NCBI GenBank assembly: GCA_032718475.1 | Contig: JAUCBJ010005610.1 | Span: 1 to 47,161, forward strand | Direction: 5' to 3' | Origin: Nemertoderma westbladi | Lineage: Eukaryota > Animalia > Xenacoelomorpha | DNA length: 47,161 nucleotides | In this document: piece by piece, positions 13,030 to 25,462 of the stretch | Layout: each line of letters starts with the position of its first letter | Numbering within the stretch: the stretch's first letter is position 1 | Position numbers and translations under genes: made by a program | The notes under the pieces: model-generated | What the model was told of the DNA's origin: nothing | The model's database searches: none | What the model saw: only the letters and a program-made list of their open reading frames with translations

Positions 13030-13590
13030 TGCAGTTCAATGACTCCAAGTGCAAGGTCATGCATGCATCTAGGTTCTAGAAATCCCCAAGCAACTTTTTA
13101 CACAATGAATGGATGGACACTTTTATCGGCAACCGAGGAACGTGATTTTGGAATTACATTTACACCAGACTTGTCCAGTTGTCCTTCACAGCATCACAGC
13201 TCACTGCACAAAGACTCCAGCCCGCGCCATGCGAGTCGTACATTTAATACGAAGAACTTTTACATATTTGGAAGCTCCGATGTTTACCCTATGACCCTGT
13301 TATACAAATCCCTTGTTCGGCCTCTCCTTGAATACGAGACAGTTGTTTGTTCGCCATTCCTCCGACATGATTAATATTGAACGTCTTGAACAAGTACAAC
13401 ACCGTGTGGTCACTCGCCTTGTACAGTTGTACTATCGCTGGCTGAGTTGTCATATGAAAACCGACTACGTGCACTCAAACTACCGACATTAATATATCGC
13501 CATTCGCCGTGTACTAGCCGACCTTATAACAACATACAAGTTTATGAACGGGATTGACAAAATTGAGCGAAGTAATTTCTTCCAGTTTTT
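13030..13590 (+). mobile_element. CR1-clade LINE fragment (post-RT region), decayed, inside the TIR element
   Basis: Motifs KCKV.MHLG.RNP, EERD.GI, LYKSLVRPLLEY...SP, LEQVQ, SYENRLRALKLPTL, DLITTYKFMNGIDKI across frameshifts. Confidence 0.8.
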
Positions 13591-14639
13591 TTTTATGTGT
13601 AATTGTTTTCCTATCTTTTGTAGTTACTTTACTTTGCTCGTTTTATTTCAGCAGTAATATTTTACTTATGCGACATACGGTACTACCTACGGTACCAAAT
13701 TTATGTTACGTATAACTACGTATTGTTGTGTTGTATTCTATAGAGTATTGTAAAATTGTCCCTTATTAATATGTTTGCCTTTAGTTTAGTACTGTATGTT
13801 ATTGAAGCCCTTGAACCTACTGTAAGTATGCTTTGCCGTTTTTTAATTTAATTTTACTGTAATTTCATTTTTGTTTTAATAATTAATATGCACCAACTGT
13901 GAGTACTGTAAATAAATTATAATTGTAATTATTTTACTAATTTTACCTGAATACCATTATCCGTATTTTTATTACAATAGTACATATACATACGCTTATT
14001 AGCGTACTTTGCAGGTATGTGTTCATTTTATTTTAATCTACTATACGTGTACGTACGTACATGTGCAAAAATTAATATTTTATTGTTATTCTGGCGATAT
14101 TAATAACATAACATAACATACAGCTAGTCATTATTCATTCAGACATACCGTATCTGTAGCATAGGCGTATACCGGACCACAGTAGTACTGTACGTAGTAG
14201 TATGTAGTAAAGTAGAACGTAGTACATAAATACAAGGACTAGGCCTACTGAAGTAGTCTTTAATATTCTTTCTATAATTCATATTGTAACATTTGAGTAA
14301 TTTCAAAAAATGTACACTTTACTTGACAACAAAAATTTACATGCAGTGTTTCTTAAGTAGTTGTTTCGTAATGTCTGAATGTTACACTTTTGGAATAAAA
14401 CAACGTACCTACTGTACTTGTTGCATTTGTCTTTAAGGTTTTCCGTCTCTGTATCCTTATTTTCATTTCACCCACCCACAACTTTCGTTAGTTTAAGTAA
14501 CAACTCGGATTAGTGCAGCTGCAGTATTATAGATAACCGAATAAACTATAGGCAGATAGGTACTGTACAGTATAACAGGCATATTTTATGTTTTATACCA
14601 GTCAGCCCGGTGCAGCTTTGAAGAGCCGTGGAAGATTTT

Positions 14640-14900
14640 TCACCCCTGCACCCGGCGCAGCATTTTGCATTGCACAGAGCCGGCGCAGGATTTTTGCACC
14701 TGGCATGGGCGTGGGTTTGCACAGAGCCGGCGCAGGATTTTTGCACCCGGCATCCCGGCGTGGTTTTGCACAGAGCCGGCGCAGGATTTTTTGCACTCGG
14801 CGTGGTTTTGCTCAGAGCCGGCGCAGGATTTTTTGCACCCGGCGTGGTTTTGCTCAGAGCCGGCGCAGGATTTTAGGCACCCGGCGCCGCGTTCGGCGCA
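14640..14900. repeat. ~42-bp GC-rich subterminal tandem repeats
   Basis: Repeated CCGGCGCAGGATTTTTTGCACCCGGCGTGGTTTTGCWCAGAG units. These explain the cluster of short ORFs at 14546-14943. Confidence 0.9.
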
Positions 14901-16967
14901 GAAAATAAAACTTTTCAATAGGGCCTATTGCTGTATTGATTGATTAGATCGACCTGACTGTCTGAGCTTGATTGGTTCATCAGTCCATTCGTTGTTCGTT
15001 ATGGTTATGGTTAGAAATATTACAGTATTATATCTGTATATGGGCCATGCAGCCATGGATGGGGTCACAATTGTTCAAGATTATATTTTATACAGCACAG
15101 TACTGCAGTAGTTCAGTAGATACATCTGTACATGTAAGCCTACAATATATTAAAATAATCGATTTGATTTTTGTTTTAAAAAGGGATAACTCCAGTAGGC
15201 TGGTAGGTAGTAGTTCTGTGTAGTTAGCATCTTCTTACATTTTATATCATTTTCGATACGGTACCGGTATTTATTTATATATTGTGTCTATTTAATAATT
15301 TATATTTGTCTATTATATTTGTATCTATTGTCAGATTGTGACGATTGTGAGTGTGACTATATACAGATAGACAGATAGGTACCGGACCGGTACGCAGCTG
15401 TATGACAATTATAAACTGTTGAAAAGGACGGTCCCCAATCCCCAAAGTAACAGGACCAACTAAAAAAATTAATGTTTCCAATTACCCCATCTGCCCATGC
15501 AGGCCATGCGGGCCATGGCACCAAAATTTGACCATTTTTTTTAAAATTATGTTGGACAAACAAATTTTTAATTATGTTATCATTTCAGCATTTAATTAGG
15601 TTGTCTACTGAATATATGACATAATAAGCTTTAAATTAAGCTATTGCTTAAGATAATTGGAATACGACATCGCTCACAATTCATTTGTGAAGTTGCAAAA
15701 AATAATCGAAAATTTGATTTTTTTTTCATCTTTTATTGAGTGAGTTTTATACAATCAGCCATTTGACAATGAAGAAGTGGAAATAAACGTCATATTCCTA
15801 TTGGAAAAATAATCACCAATAATTTATCTCAATAAACATCAAAATTGCAAGTCTATACATACAAAAGCATGCATGTAGTAGAAGTAGCCATTGCTTCTAA
15901 TTACCGCATGTTTCTAATTCCCCCACCTTCCCCTAGCATTTTTTTCGATGTTTTTTTTTATTTGTATGACCCGGCTGCCCGGATCCTGCCTTATTGAGAC
16001 TGACCCGGAACCGGACCCGGCAAAATGTTCGACCCGGTCGTTTACTAATTGTACCGTATTGTAAATAATAGGCCTATGCAATATTTCATTGTTCTTCAAA
16101 TATTTTATTAATTATAAAACTACCGTAATTATTTCTATTATCCAATTCAAGTAGGTTTATTTCCATATTATCAGATTATCATATGCTTATAATTGTATTA
16201 TTTGAGTCAATTTTTTTCTGGAGGAGTATTTAATTGACATTTTATCTTTTTTTACATCACTACACAAATCCAACCTCCGGGGAGGGGGGGGGGGATATAT
16301 CACAATCACAGCAGGCAGCTATTAAGTTTCACCCATCTGACTTCCAACTGAATCCACTTAGATACACGTCCGTTGTCCGTACATGTCCAAATGAGCACCA
16401 GTGTCTGAATGTGAAGCTTTAAAGATAACATGTCAGCATGTTGGGGGGGGGGGGGGGGGGTGTGCATTCTTGTTCTGTGCTTTTTTTTCTTTTTTTGTGC
16501 TTTTTTTACTTTTTTCTGCTTTTTTGTGCTTTTCTTGACTTTTTTGTGCTTTTTGTAGTATTTAGTAGGACCCTAAATAATAGGCCTATCTGAATATAGC
16601 GGCAATCTGGCTGTCTGATAATTTGTAATATTATTCTATTGAATACAGATTATTAGGAATAATAACGGAACCTCTTTATTCCTGCCAGTCAGCTAATTGA
16701 AAACCAAACCAGCCAGGTGCTGGCAGCCGAACTGAACTGGACTGGCTGGAAAAAGTGGGATTTTATCTGGCTGCACAAAACCTCAATCTGGCTTCTACTG
16801 TCAGACAGTACCTTACTGGAGTGTGGAGTGATTGATCTGTTGATGACATAAACAACTTCATATTGGAATATAACCGTAAGAAGTGGCACATTTCTGAATT
16901 TTAGTTGGTGTTCTGCACCAGTCCAGCAGTCTGCCACTCCCAGTAGTCTACGGTCGGTAGCTTCACA

Positions 16968-17064
16968 ATGGCTACAGGTGCGGGATCCAGTACGAAAAGC
17001 CTTGATGACGGAGTTCATAGTGATGAGCATGAGAATGAAAGTGAACCCAACCTGGGTCAAAGAG
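16968..17064 (+). CDS. Candidate first coding exon of unknown spliced gene (MATGAGSSTKSLDDGVHSDEHENESEPNLGQR), phase-1 end
   Basis: ACAATGG start context and AG|GTAGGT donor. Phase matches the exon at 18330. Confidence 0.4.
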
Positions 17065-17219
17065 GTAGGTTAACCCTTCTGTATGTCTGTCATCAGTCTG
17101 CCAGTAGTACCTACCAGGCCAGTTAGATCAGTCTGTCTGGTCAGTAGATCATGCCTGACCTGCTGCACCAGCTAACCTCTACCCACCTACCACTGCCATT
17201 CTGCCATTAGTTGGTCTAC

Positions 17220-18247
17220 CACCAACTTGTCTTTTTATTTGAAGTGTTATGGGGCGTCCTCCAGGGAGAAACACTTGCACCATTCTTGTTCATAATTGTG
17301 GTTGACTATGTTCTACGTATGTCCTTAGATCATCATAATGATGATGGGGTGATGATAACTCCACCTACTGGCTCCAGAAGTCGAGGAAATCCTGCCAAGT
17401 AGGCTACCTAACCGAACTAGACTGTGCTGATGACTTAGGAGTACTCTCAGAATCACTAGCAGACTAGAGGAAGCCCAACGGCTCCTCAGCTCATTAGAAC
17501 AGGCTGCTTCTAGTGTTGGTCTTGATCTTGGTCTTGATTGAAATTTTGACAGTTAACTTTGAAAGTCCTCAGCAAGTCCCTGACCGGATGAGCATAATCT
17601 CAAACTGTCAAAGGATGGTATGCTTGAGCATGTGGATGACTTCTGTTACCTGGGATCAAGGATGCGGAAGTCAGGTGAGGACCTTCGAATACGTACGGGA
17701 AAGGCATGGGCACGGGCAGGCATGGGGAATAGGCTTTACAGGACATGGAAGTCACCGAGAATTAATCGGAAACTTAAGATCCGATTATTCAGAGCAGCTG
17801 TAGTTCCAGTACTTCTCTATGGGAGTCCATGCAACTGCTGAGGACACCAAATCTCTGGATGGCACATTCACAAGAATGCTACGCCGGGTTCATTGTGTCA
17901 AGTACAATGCAGACATCTCCAACCAGACACTATATGACATTGGAGGTGTCTCATTGGTTCCCCCAAGCTTGACACTAGAACAAAATCACCTCCGCTTTGC
18001 AGGACATTGCTTTCGCCGTGAGGACCAGCCAGTGCATAATCTTGTACTTTGGCAGCCTCATGGAGTAAATAAGCATGGTGGACAGCACATAACTTTCTTT
18101 AGATGCATCTTAAAGGACACTGGCCCTGAAGATGAGGATGATCTAGCAAATGTCATGGGGTGATAGGGAGTTGTGGCGGCGCAATTTTGTCGACAAGCCG
18201 GCACAGCATTCTTAAAAATGCAGCATGCCGATCATAGTAGTAGTAGT
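17220..18247 (+). mobile_element. RTE-clade LINE, 5'-truncated and decayed
   Basis: Motifs GVLQGETLAPFLFIIVVDYVLR, LDCADDL, VDDFCYLGS, KLKIRLFRAAVVPVLLYG, LDGTFTRMLR, LRFAGHCFR. Short (TAG)n tail at ~18235-18246. Confidence 0.85.
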
Positions 18248-18329
18248 GTCTTTTTATATATTTATAAATAATATATTTAGGTTAGAAGTTCTTAGCTTAG
18301 CCCTAATTCACAATATCCTATTTCCTTAG

Positions 18330-18446
18330 ATGTAACAGTAAGAAAAACCTTGCGAGCGTCTATTGTTCCCAAAATATTTAAGAAGACTCGTCGATCTGAT
18401 GTAAGCATACAGAAGCGTTATTCCGTTTCTACCGGAGAAATAGACC
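18330..18446 (+). CDS. Candidate exon, phase 1-1 (VTVRKTLRASIVPKIFKKTRRSDVSIQKRYSVSTGEID)
   Basis: CTAAT branch-like site, TTTCCTTAG acceptor and GTGAGT donor. Only one frame is open. It lies in the gap between the RTE and hAT relics. Confidence 0.65.
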
Positions 18447-18530
18447 GTGAGTATAATATAAGGCTTCACTAACAATTTGGACAGTAAATAACTAGGTGCC
18501 TGCCCCTTATGTCTACAATCACTATGCAGC

Positions 18531-20222
18531 TAGGGATCGACCGAATGATAAATCATACCGATACCGAACCTGATCCGCTTATCAAAACATCGGCCAAAAT
18601 CAAGTAAAGCCTACCTGATATGCCGAATTTTATTTTCTTATGTACTGGTACAGTATGGTTCTTCAATAAGAAAGTCTGATCAATGGGGCAGTCAGACAGT
18701 GTCCTGGACTATAGATCCACATATACCGCCTTACAACATTCATCACTATGCATCGATGGAGTTTATTCACCCCAAAACTATTAAATTCTCAAAACATATT
18801 ACCCCCTAAACTGAACAAAAAGGTGGCTGGAAAATACTATACGAATTTATTATTAAAAGGTGGTGACTTTAATCACTTAGGGCTGCAGACATCGGAAGTT
18901 CATATAACTAACTCGCTTATTCCTCATATTTACATTTACGTTTCGTTACAATAGGGAGGCTTTCTCAGGATGTCAATACAAACAATCGAGTTAAGTAAAT
19001 TGACAGAATTACATAGCAACAATAAAGGGGAGGGCACCATGAGTCCTTTGGAATTAATTTCAATAATATACTTCACGGATTCTGCCAATTTGTTAACATG
19101 GATGTTAAGTTCTGTGTGTTATGTGTGTATCAGGCTATTTTGATATTTGGATCTTCTGTCCTGCATTGTTTTAGAATTTGAATATCTTTGCCAAGATCTA
19201 TGTTGATGCCTTATAAAACCTCCGACAGGTTACACTTGATTGGTTAGTTGCACATGTATTGCTCGATTGAATCATTTCAAATAGCAAGTCTTCGCTCTTT
19301 TTTCGCATTTAATAGCTTTACTCTACTATTGTCACCGACTAGAAAACGATGTCTTCTAGTCGGAAAGGCGATGCCTTTCAAATGCCTGCGAATTATATTC
19401 TGATCTAGTCACTATTATGTTCGTGTAGGTTTAGACACTCTTCGATATAAGATTCATTTGGACTTTGAGGGAGAATTAATGCAGCAGTTACAGTGTGAAG
19501 TATCCTACATCTCCACTCATCCATTGGATGTCAGTGGCGAATGGGAGAGAATGCCAGTGGTCATTTTAGAGTATGCTGAATCAATGCAGTAATGAGTGGT
19601 CACAATCGTCGCGTTTATTCATAATAATCAATAAAGCTCCTAAATATGTACCGGTATGGGACTATGGGTATATACTTTCTCCACTGCTACTGCAGTACTA
19701 TCTCCCGCTGAACGGAGCACCAATCGCTGCCTACTATCATACAGTAGGAATCAGATGAAGCGGTTACAATGTCAAAATTTGCCGAATCTAGAATATTAAT
19801 TGGCAGGCACTTTACTATATAAGAGATTTAGGGAAGGGGGTGGGGTGTGGGTGGTGCTTGGACGCAAATCACATCTCGGCGAGCGGCGACCCCCACCATT
19901 TCTATCTGACATGCTCACCATTTCCTGGAACTGTTGAATATGCATTCGTGCCGCAGGTGTGTGCAGACTGGTAAATGCAGGCTGGCTACTCGTACGCAAT
20001 CGGCATATCAAAGGGACATTTTTTCAGGAGGCCATATCTGTATTCGGATGCATGTTAACTTATTCTCAGGTGTTCCACAGCAGACCTCACCCAAAACGGA
20101 TCCTTTACATTTATTCCAAAAATTCGATGATTCAAATCTTAAAATTCTGCCGGAACTGAATATGAAATCAATATATTTTCTGCATAATCAGCTACCGGGC
20201 CCAATAATTCGGTCGGTCCCTA
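18531..20222 (+). mobile_element. hAT-like element, decayed
   Basis: TIRs TAGGGATCGACCGAAT and TAGGGACCGACCGAAT (15/16). The 3' part encodes SAYQRDIFSGG...KILPE..SIYFLHNQLP, resembling an hAT C-terminal dimerisation region. No intact 8-bp TSD. Confidence 0.55.
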
Positions 20223-20398
20223 CTACATAGATAGCTGTCATTGAATCCTTACGATGTATCGCGATTGCGATTTTAAAATATGAAAATAGGATTTTTAATT
20301 CTTTTCGATTATAATGGTGATTTTAATAGTGCGCACACACTAACAATGTACTGTAGTCTCACCCTGTCGTCTATAACTGTTCGTCATTATTTTATTAG

Positions 20399-20458
20399 CT
20401 GTCGACGCATCGAATGATGCACCTGAGATGAACCCACGAAAAAATTCAACTTCCTCAG
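20399..20458 (+). CDS. Candidate exon, phase 1-1 (PVDASNDAPEMNPRKNSTSS)
   Basis: TTTTATTAG acceptor and CAG|GTATAT donor. 60 nt, open in the required frame. Confidence 0.55.
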
Positions 20459-21504
20459 GTATATTATAACCCCAATCTGACATTGATTCAAAATCACAAA
20501 AGTCTATATTATCGGACATGGATTATATTCCAATATAATAATATTATTTTAATGCCACCCTATCATAATTGCATCTAATTGATATGCATCGCATTGTTTA
20601 ATTATTTTCGGACGATGGTTACAACTAATGTGGTTGATCACATCTCTTGAAGTAAATGATTCCAACTAATTATTAATTACTACTTTTATTGCGGGTATTG
20701 AACTCTTCCAAATACTGAAATAAAATCTCCCAATGATGTCATTCCTAATTTGTTTGGAACATTAACATTGAATATACAATTAACATTGAAATCCTACTAT
20801 ATTTTCATTCGTTGATTCTTGATTATTAATAAGAATTTTCCATACTATATATATTAAATCATTCTTTACATTATTTTTAATACTCATCTTCATCCAAATT
20901 AATCAGTTTTCCACTTTGTAGAATTTAATAAGGATTTAAAATCTGAAAACGGCTATAAAGATCTTGTGTAGTGATCTCGATGTATGTCCGTTTGCCGGTT
21001 TGTCCGTTAAAATATAAGATAGACAGACCGGCTAGATTCCACCAATATTGCTGAGAATTTTAGCTCAGGTGTGCTCCGGGGTGCTCCCCTAGTGCACGCA
21101 TTATTACCGTCACCGACATCCTTATTGACAGATTCGACACAGTTTTGAACGGGAAGGTTAAACTCAGATGGCAAACTGTAAGAGTATTATTCTAAATGTT
21201 ATACTTTTACACCTAACTTATTTTATTGGCCTTTAAATTTGAAAAATGCTATTTTTAAAAAATATAATAAGAACTAATCAATATCATTAAATGTTGACCA
21301 ATACATTTTTTCAACACTATATCCTAATTGTATATTCGACAAATCTAGTTATAAAAGTTGGATGAGTACTGAACTGAGTAGTTTACTGAATAGCTTTAAA
21401 TTACAACTCTGTCTATTATTAAATTGTCTCACAAACCGCCTTCTAATAATTAACCCATACCAGAAACTATTTGGTCAATATATCTCCCTGTTATTATTAA
21501 TTGG

Positions 21505-23273
21505 GTACCAATTTATTTATTAGCAGTAGTAACAAAATAATTATGGATTAAATCACATATCAATATAATATAAAACTAAAAGTAATATTGTAATATTGTA
21601 ATATACGATACATTGAACATTGCGTTAGAGTATGCTACGGCAAAGGCTACTGACCGGGCCCTAATCCCCAAAGAGTCCACCAAGGGATGGGCCAGCAGTT
21701 GCCAGGACAAACGCCGCGTTGGCCACCAGAATGGCCATGACGATACGCTGAAGTAGAAACCTGTGGGAGCGCGGCTCACGCGTCATGGTGTGGAGACGGG
21801 ACCCAATCTCCTGGAGGAAGGAGGACGTCTCCGGACCGGGGCGCCCCAGGGTCTCGAACGCAACAGGGTGAAATATATGACCCCGCTCCATCACCTCCGC
21901 ATATGTCAAGTTCTTTCCCTGTTCGGCACCCTCTGCAGCACGACCCCCTGCAATTAGCGTCTGTTGGCGGTGACTAGGGGCAAGGGGGTCAACCACTGTG
22001 GCATCCCAGGTTAGCATTCGACCATGGGACCAAGGCACAACTGTCACCCCGTCTACACGCCTCCCGTCATTGCGGCAGAGTCCTGATGGTTCCAGAATGG
22101 AGGGAACCCCACAGCTGACCAATGCCCGTCTCACAATATCATTAACCATGGTGTGGCGAGGGAACCGGCCTGCGCTCCTCCGGCATGAGAGACCATGTAG
22201 ACCATTGGACGCTACTGGGCTACCACCTTTTCTCCAAAGCGAATGGCGATGGCAATTCGAAACTGCGCATCGCTTAGTTTTAGCCCCAGAGCTGCACTCG
22301 GAAGAGCATCAAGCCAGCAGCAGCCAGCGGTCGGGTGATCGAGGGAGTTCAGTCGAGCAAGGTCGAGAGTAGAAGCTACAAGACGGAGTGTGGCGAGGCT
22401 TTCTTGATGGATGGGCGCCATCCACACCCTCTGTGTTGACACAGTGGGTGGCGCTGAGTCAGGGGGGAGTGACGCATTCCGTATGGTCATGGCTAATTCC
22501 AGTGCTGGGCTCGGCATCCCTGCGGAAGGGTACAAGCGGTTTGAAAGGGTTGCACATGCAGCCGCAGAAGCCAGGAAGGCAGAGGGTGCGAGCTGCACTG
22601 CTGATCCCAAACCAAGACCGCCAACCCGTGCTGGTAGGCAAGCCTGGGCCCATGCTGGGTCACCAATTTCTGTATTGGCAACCACTTGAAGGGCACCACG
22701 AAGCACTCGATCATAGTCCCTAAGAAGGGTGGGGAACCTAAAACATGGGGCAGCCCTAAGGAAGTACATCAGCCTGGGTATGGCAAATGAGTTCCTCAGG
22801 AGGAAAAAGCCGTGATGTGCGTCAAGGAGTGGAAGCCGGCTAACTAAAGTGGTGAGGTCGCCGACCTGGCAAGAGGCGATGGCAGATTCTCCGATGGGGG
22901 CGCCAAGAATGGTCAGCTGATCCAGCGGCGGGCATGGGATGCCGGCACAGATAGCATCGAACTCCATCTGGATCTGGGCACGTGATTCTTCTGTCTCGGG
23001 CCCCAAGAAAAACAACTCGCTCTTTCTGGGGTTAATCATCAGCCCAAGTTTCCTCCCATCATCTATCAACCTTGAGAGGTCCCTCAGCACAACCCGATGG
23101 TCATCAGCTAGGTTTCCATCGTCCAGGTACCAGACATTGAAAGCCGATTCCAATGCCTGGATGGTTGGGTTTTCTGTGTCTCCGAACAGCTGCGGGCCAT
23201 CTGTGTCCCCTTGTTGTACGCCCTCGTCAGAGAGTAGGACTTGGTCACCATTAAGGAGAAAGGTTGCCTCCCC
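21505..23273 (-). mobile_element. 5'-truncated CRE-clade (RLE-bearing) non-LTR retrotransposon
   Basis: RT motifs GVQQGD..GP and WYLDDG, plus LPARVGGLG. RLE region RH..VNDIVRRAL..GVPSILEPSGL.R.DGRRVDG.T..PW..G..LTWDATVVD...AEQGK..Y..FHPVAFETLG. Candidate 12-bp TSD ATTATTAATTGG at 21493-21504 and 23274-23285. Confidence 0.85.
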
Positions 23274-23960
23274 ATTATTAATTGGTTTACGGGATTTACT
23301 CGGATGGCCTAACCCATTATAAGAGCGTAGATAATTAGTGACAAATAGTGTATAGTGTTGATGATTTCTTTTACAGAGATTTGCATTAAAATTTAGATAA
23401 AAAATGTTTAAGAATAGTATGGCGAAAAATAACTTAGATTAATAACTAATTATTAATGAACACGTCCCATAGCATGTTATGGATTAACTTTTTATTTGTG
23501 ACCCTGTATTGACGCCGTTTATTTATTATAGCTGGTGATTCTTGGAATATTAGTAAAATTTTATTAAGGATTTATACCTACAGTACCTACAGTATTTAGT
23601 TACTATTCTTTAAATAGATCTGTTAGAGCTTTAGATCTGTTCTTTTAAAGAAAACTTTCTTTAAAGAAAGTTGTCATTGAGGTATATACTTGATGTACTT
23701 ATGCTTTGTCAGATTTGACTAATGCACTATTGCACTACTATTGAGAGTCTTTTCAATTAATTTGTTCCCATTACTTACTACTTATATCCTTTATTATTAA
23801 TGTAATACGACGCCAGCCACTGAGTACACAGTGCACAATAAAATTCGGCTTCCAGCCATGGTTTAAGATCTCTGAACAATTGGTACAACTTAGTAGTTTA
23901 CGCCCAACCCAAACCGAGTTCTATCGGTTTTTCCCATATAACTTGTACTAATTATTATAG

Positions 23961-24017
23961 GCGTCGCTCTCAACAATTGTTTCAAAAAGCCAAAACATGG
24001 CAGTCATCATCCTTCAG
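23961..24017 (+). CDS. Candidate exon, phase 1-1 (GVALNNCFKKPKHGSHHPS)
   Basis: TACTAAT branch site, TTATAG acceptor and CAG|GTAACT donor. 57 nt. Confidence 0.6.
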
Positions 24018-24782
24018 GTAACTAACCGCTTCAGCTGCTATTGATGTTTTCAATTTCATGTCGCGATATTTATATCCATAGAACATATTTAGTTTAGATT
24101 CGAATATCTGACTGTCCATTTTTCACAACCATTGTAGTCTATAATACACTGGTGTTTCAACAAAGAATCCAAAAGGCAATTGGTTTCAAATATTAATACA
24201 TTCCATTTATTATTCGAGTCCAAGTAAGAATTAGGTTAGTTATTGATAATAATAAAAAATAATAAGTTATATTGTTGAGGTGTTCCATACAATTATATAA
24301 TTATCCCTAACCAATCCCTAACCACCATAGCCACATGCAAGTATGCAAGAGGGTTGTGTATTTATTATTAAACTACTATATTACAGGTATAAGGTATATA
24401 CAGGAGATTAAAATTGTTTTAATTTAACCGTTGAAAGATTTAATGTTAATTTTTAAATTTCATGCATGTTCATTCATGTCTCAGTCGAGTGCAAGCCAAG
24501 AGGAATAATTGCAAATTACTTTTTAATATAATGAAAATTATATTTTTTACGTATATCATCATTGAATGGTATCGGGCTCATTTTCATTATTTAGTTCCTA
24601 TATTGTTTCCCCTAATTAATCTACTTTAGTTTACTGTTTTGGTTAGGAAATCCCCTGAAACCTGTCCCTTAAGCCCCTGAAACCTGCCCCTTTCCCTTGC
24701 TCACTAAATAAAATTATATAATAGCTAAATGTTGCTCACTAAAGCTATAACCACTATTGGGAATAGTGCGCGTAATGTAATA

Positions 24783-25462
24783 GGGTTGGTGCGCGAAAAA
24801 AATTTGTGCTAGAAACAATTGAATAAGGGGTAACAAGGTGCCCTGAATCGAGTGGCGGGGTGTGTTTTTTGGGAGACGAGGAAACGGTCGAAATGGCTGG
24901 TTTAAGTATGCGCGGGTAGACATTTTCAAAATCGTCTGTGATTGGCTACTGAAGATTTGACGTCACTACAAAGTGCTTGCGCGTCTTTTGACACTACAAC
25001 TAATTATATTAATGATGCAGAAGAGGAACTTTCATAAAATGCTGTTTCAAGCAGTATTTCGAGCAGGCATACTTCAGTACTGCAATAGGCTGATAGGGCT
25101 GAGTGCCTGCATACACTAGTCAGGCAATCTGCCGAATTTGGAATTGTGAACAGCATTTTATCAATCTTTATCATCATGAATAAAATTAATTGTTGTGTCA
25201 AAAGACGCGCAAGATTCTCCGGGTTTAATTATAGAATTATTGAGATTCAATGTTTATTTGAATGGGTCGAAAATCACTACCCATAGAACCAAGATAAGAA
25301 TTTATTAGAGCACTTTGTATTGACGTCAAATCTGTAACAGCCAATCACATCCAATTTTCATAAATGGCTTCCCGGGCTTTCTTAAACCCGCCATTTCTCA
25401 AACCCGTTTCTTCGTGTTTTTACAAAACCACCCCGCCTTGTTGCGCAGATGCACAGCAACCC
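24783..25462. mobile_element. Foldback/MITE with long imperfect inverted arms, GG...CC termini and TA flanks
   Basis: Ends read TA|GGGTTG ... CAACCC|TA. The arms align in inverse over roughly 250 bp (e.g. GTGATTGGCT..GATTTGACGTCA.TACAAAGTGCT and CTTGCGCGTCTTTTGACAC), with a ~100-bp insertion in the right arm. Confidence 0.8.

Larger units (their letters stand above)
12234..14923. mobile_element. 2.69-kb non-autonomous DNA transposon with 18-bp TIRs and 8-bp TSD (superfamily uncertain)
   Basis: Perfect TIRs CCCTATTGAAAAGTTTTA (12234-12251) and TAAAACTTTTCAATAGGG (14906-14923). TSD CCTATTGC at 12226-12233 and 14924-14931. GC-rich GGCGCAG subterminal repeats at both ends. Confidence 0.9.

Noticed and set aside
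14546-14943. Six overlapping short ORFs
   Set aside because: Artefacts of the GC-rich 42-bp subterminal repeats.
15965-16048. GACCCGG-rich segment ending CGGTCGTTTACTA as an hAT MITE
   Set aside because: Only one end is visible, with no matching TIR or TSD.
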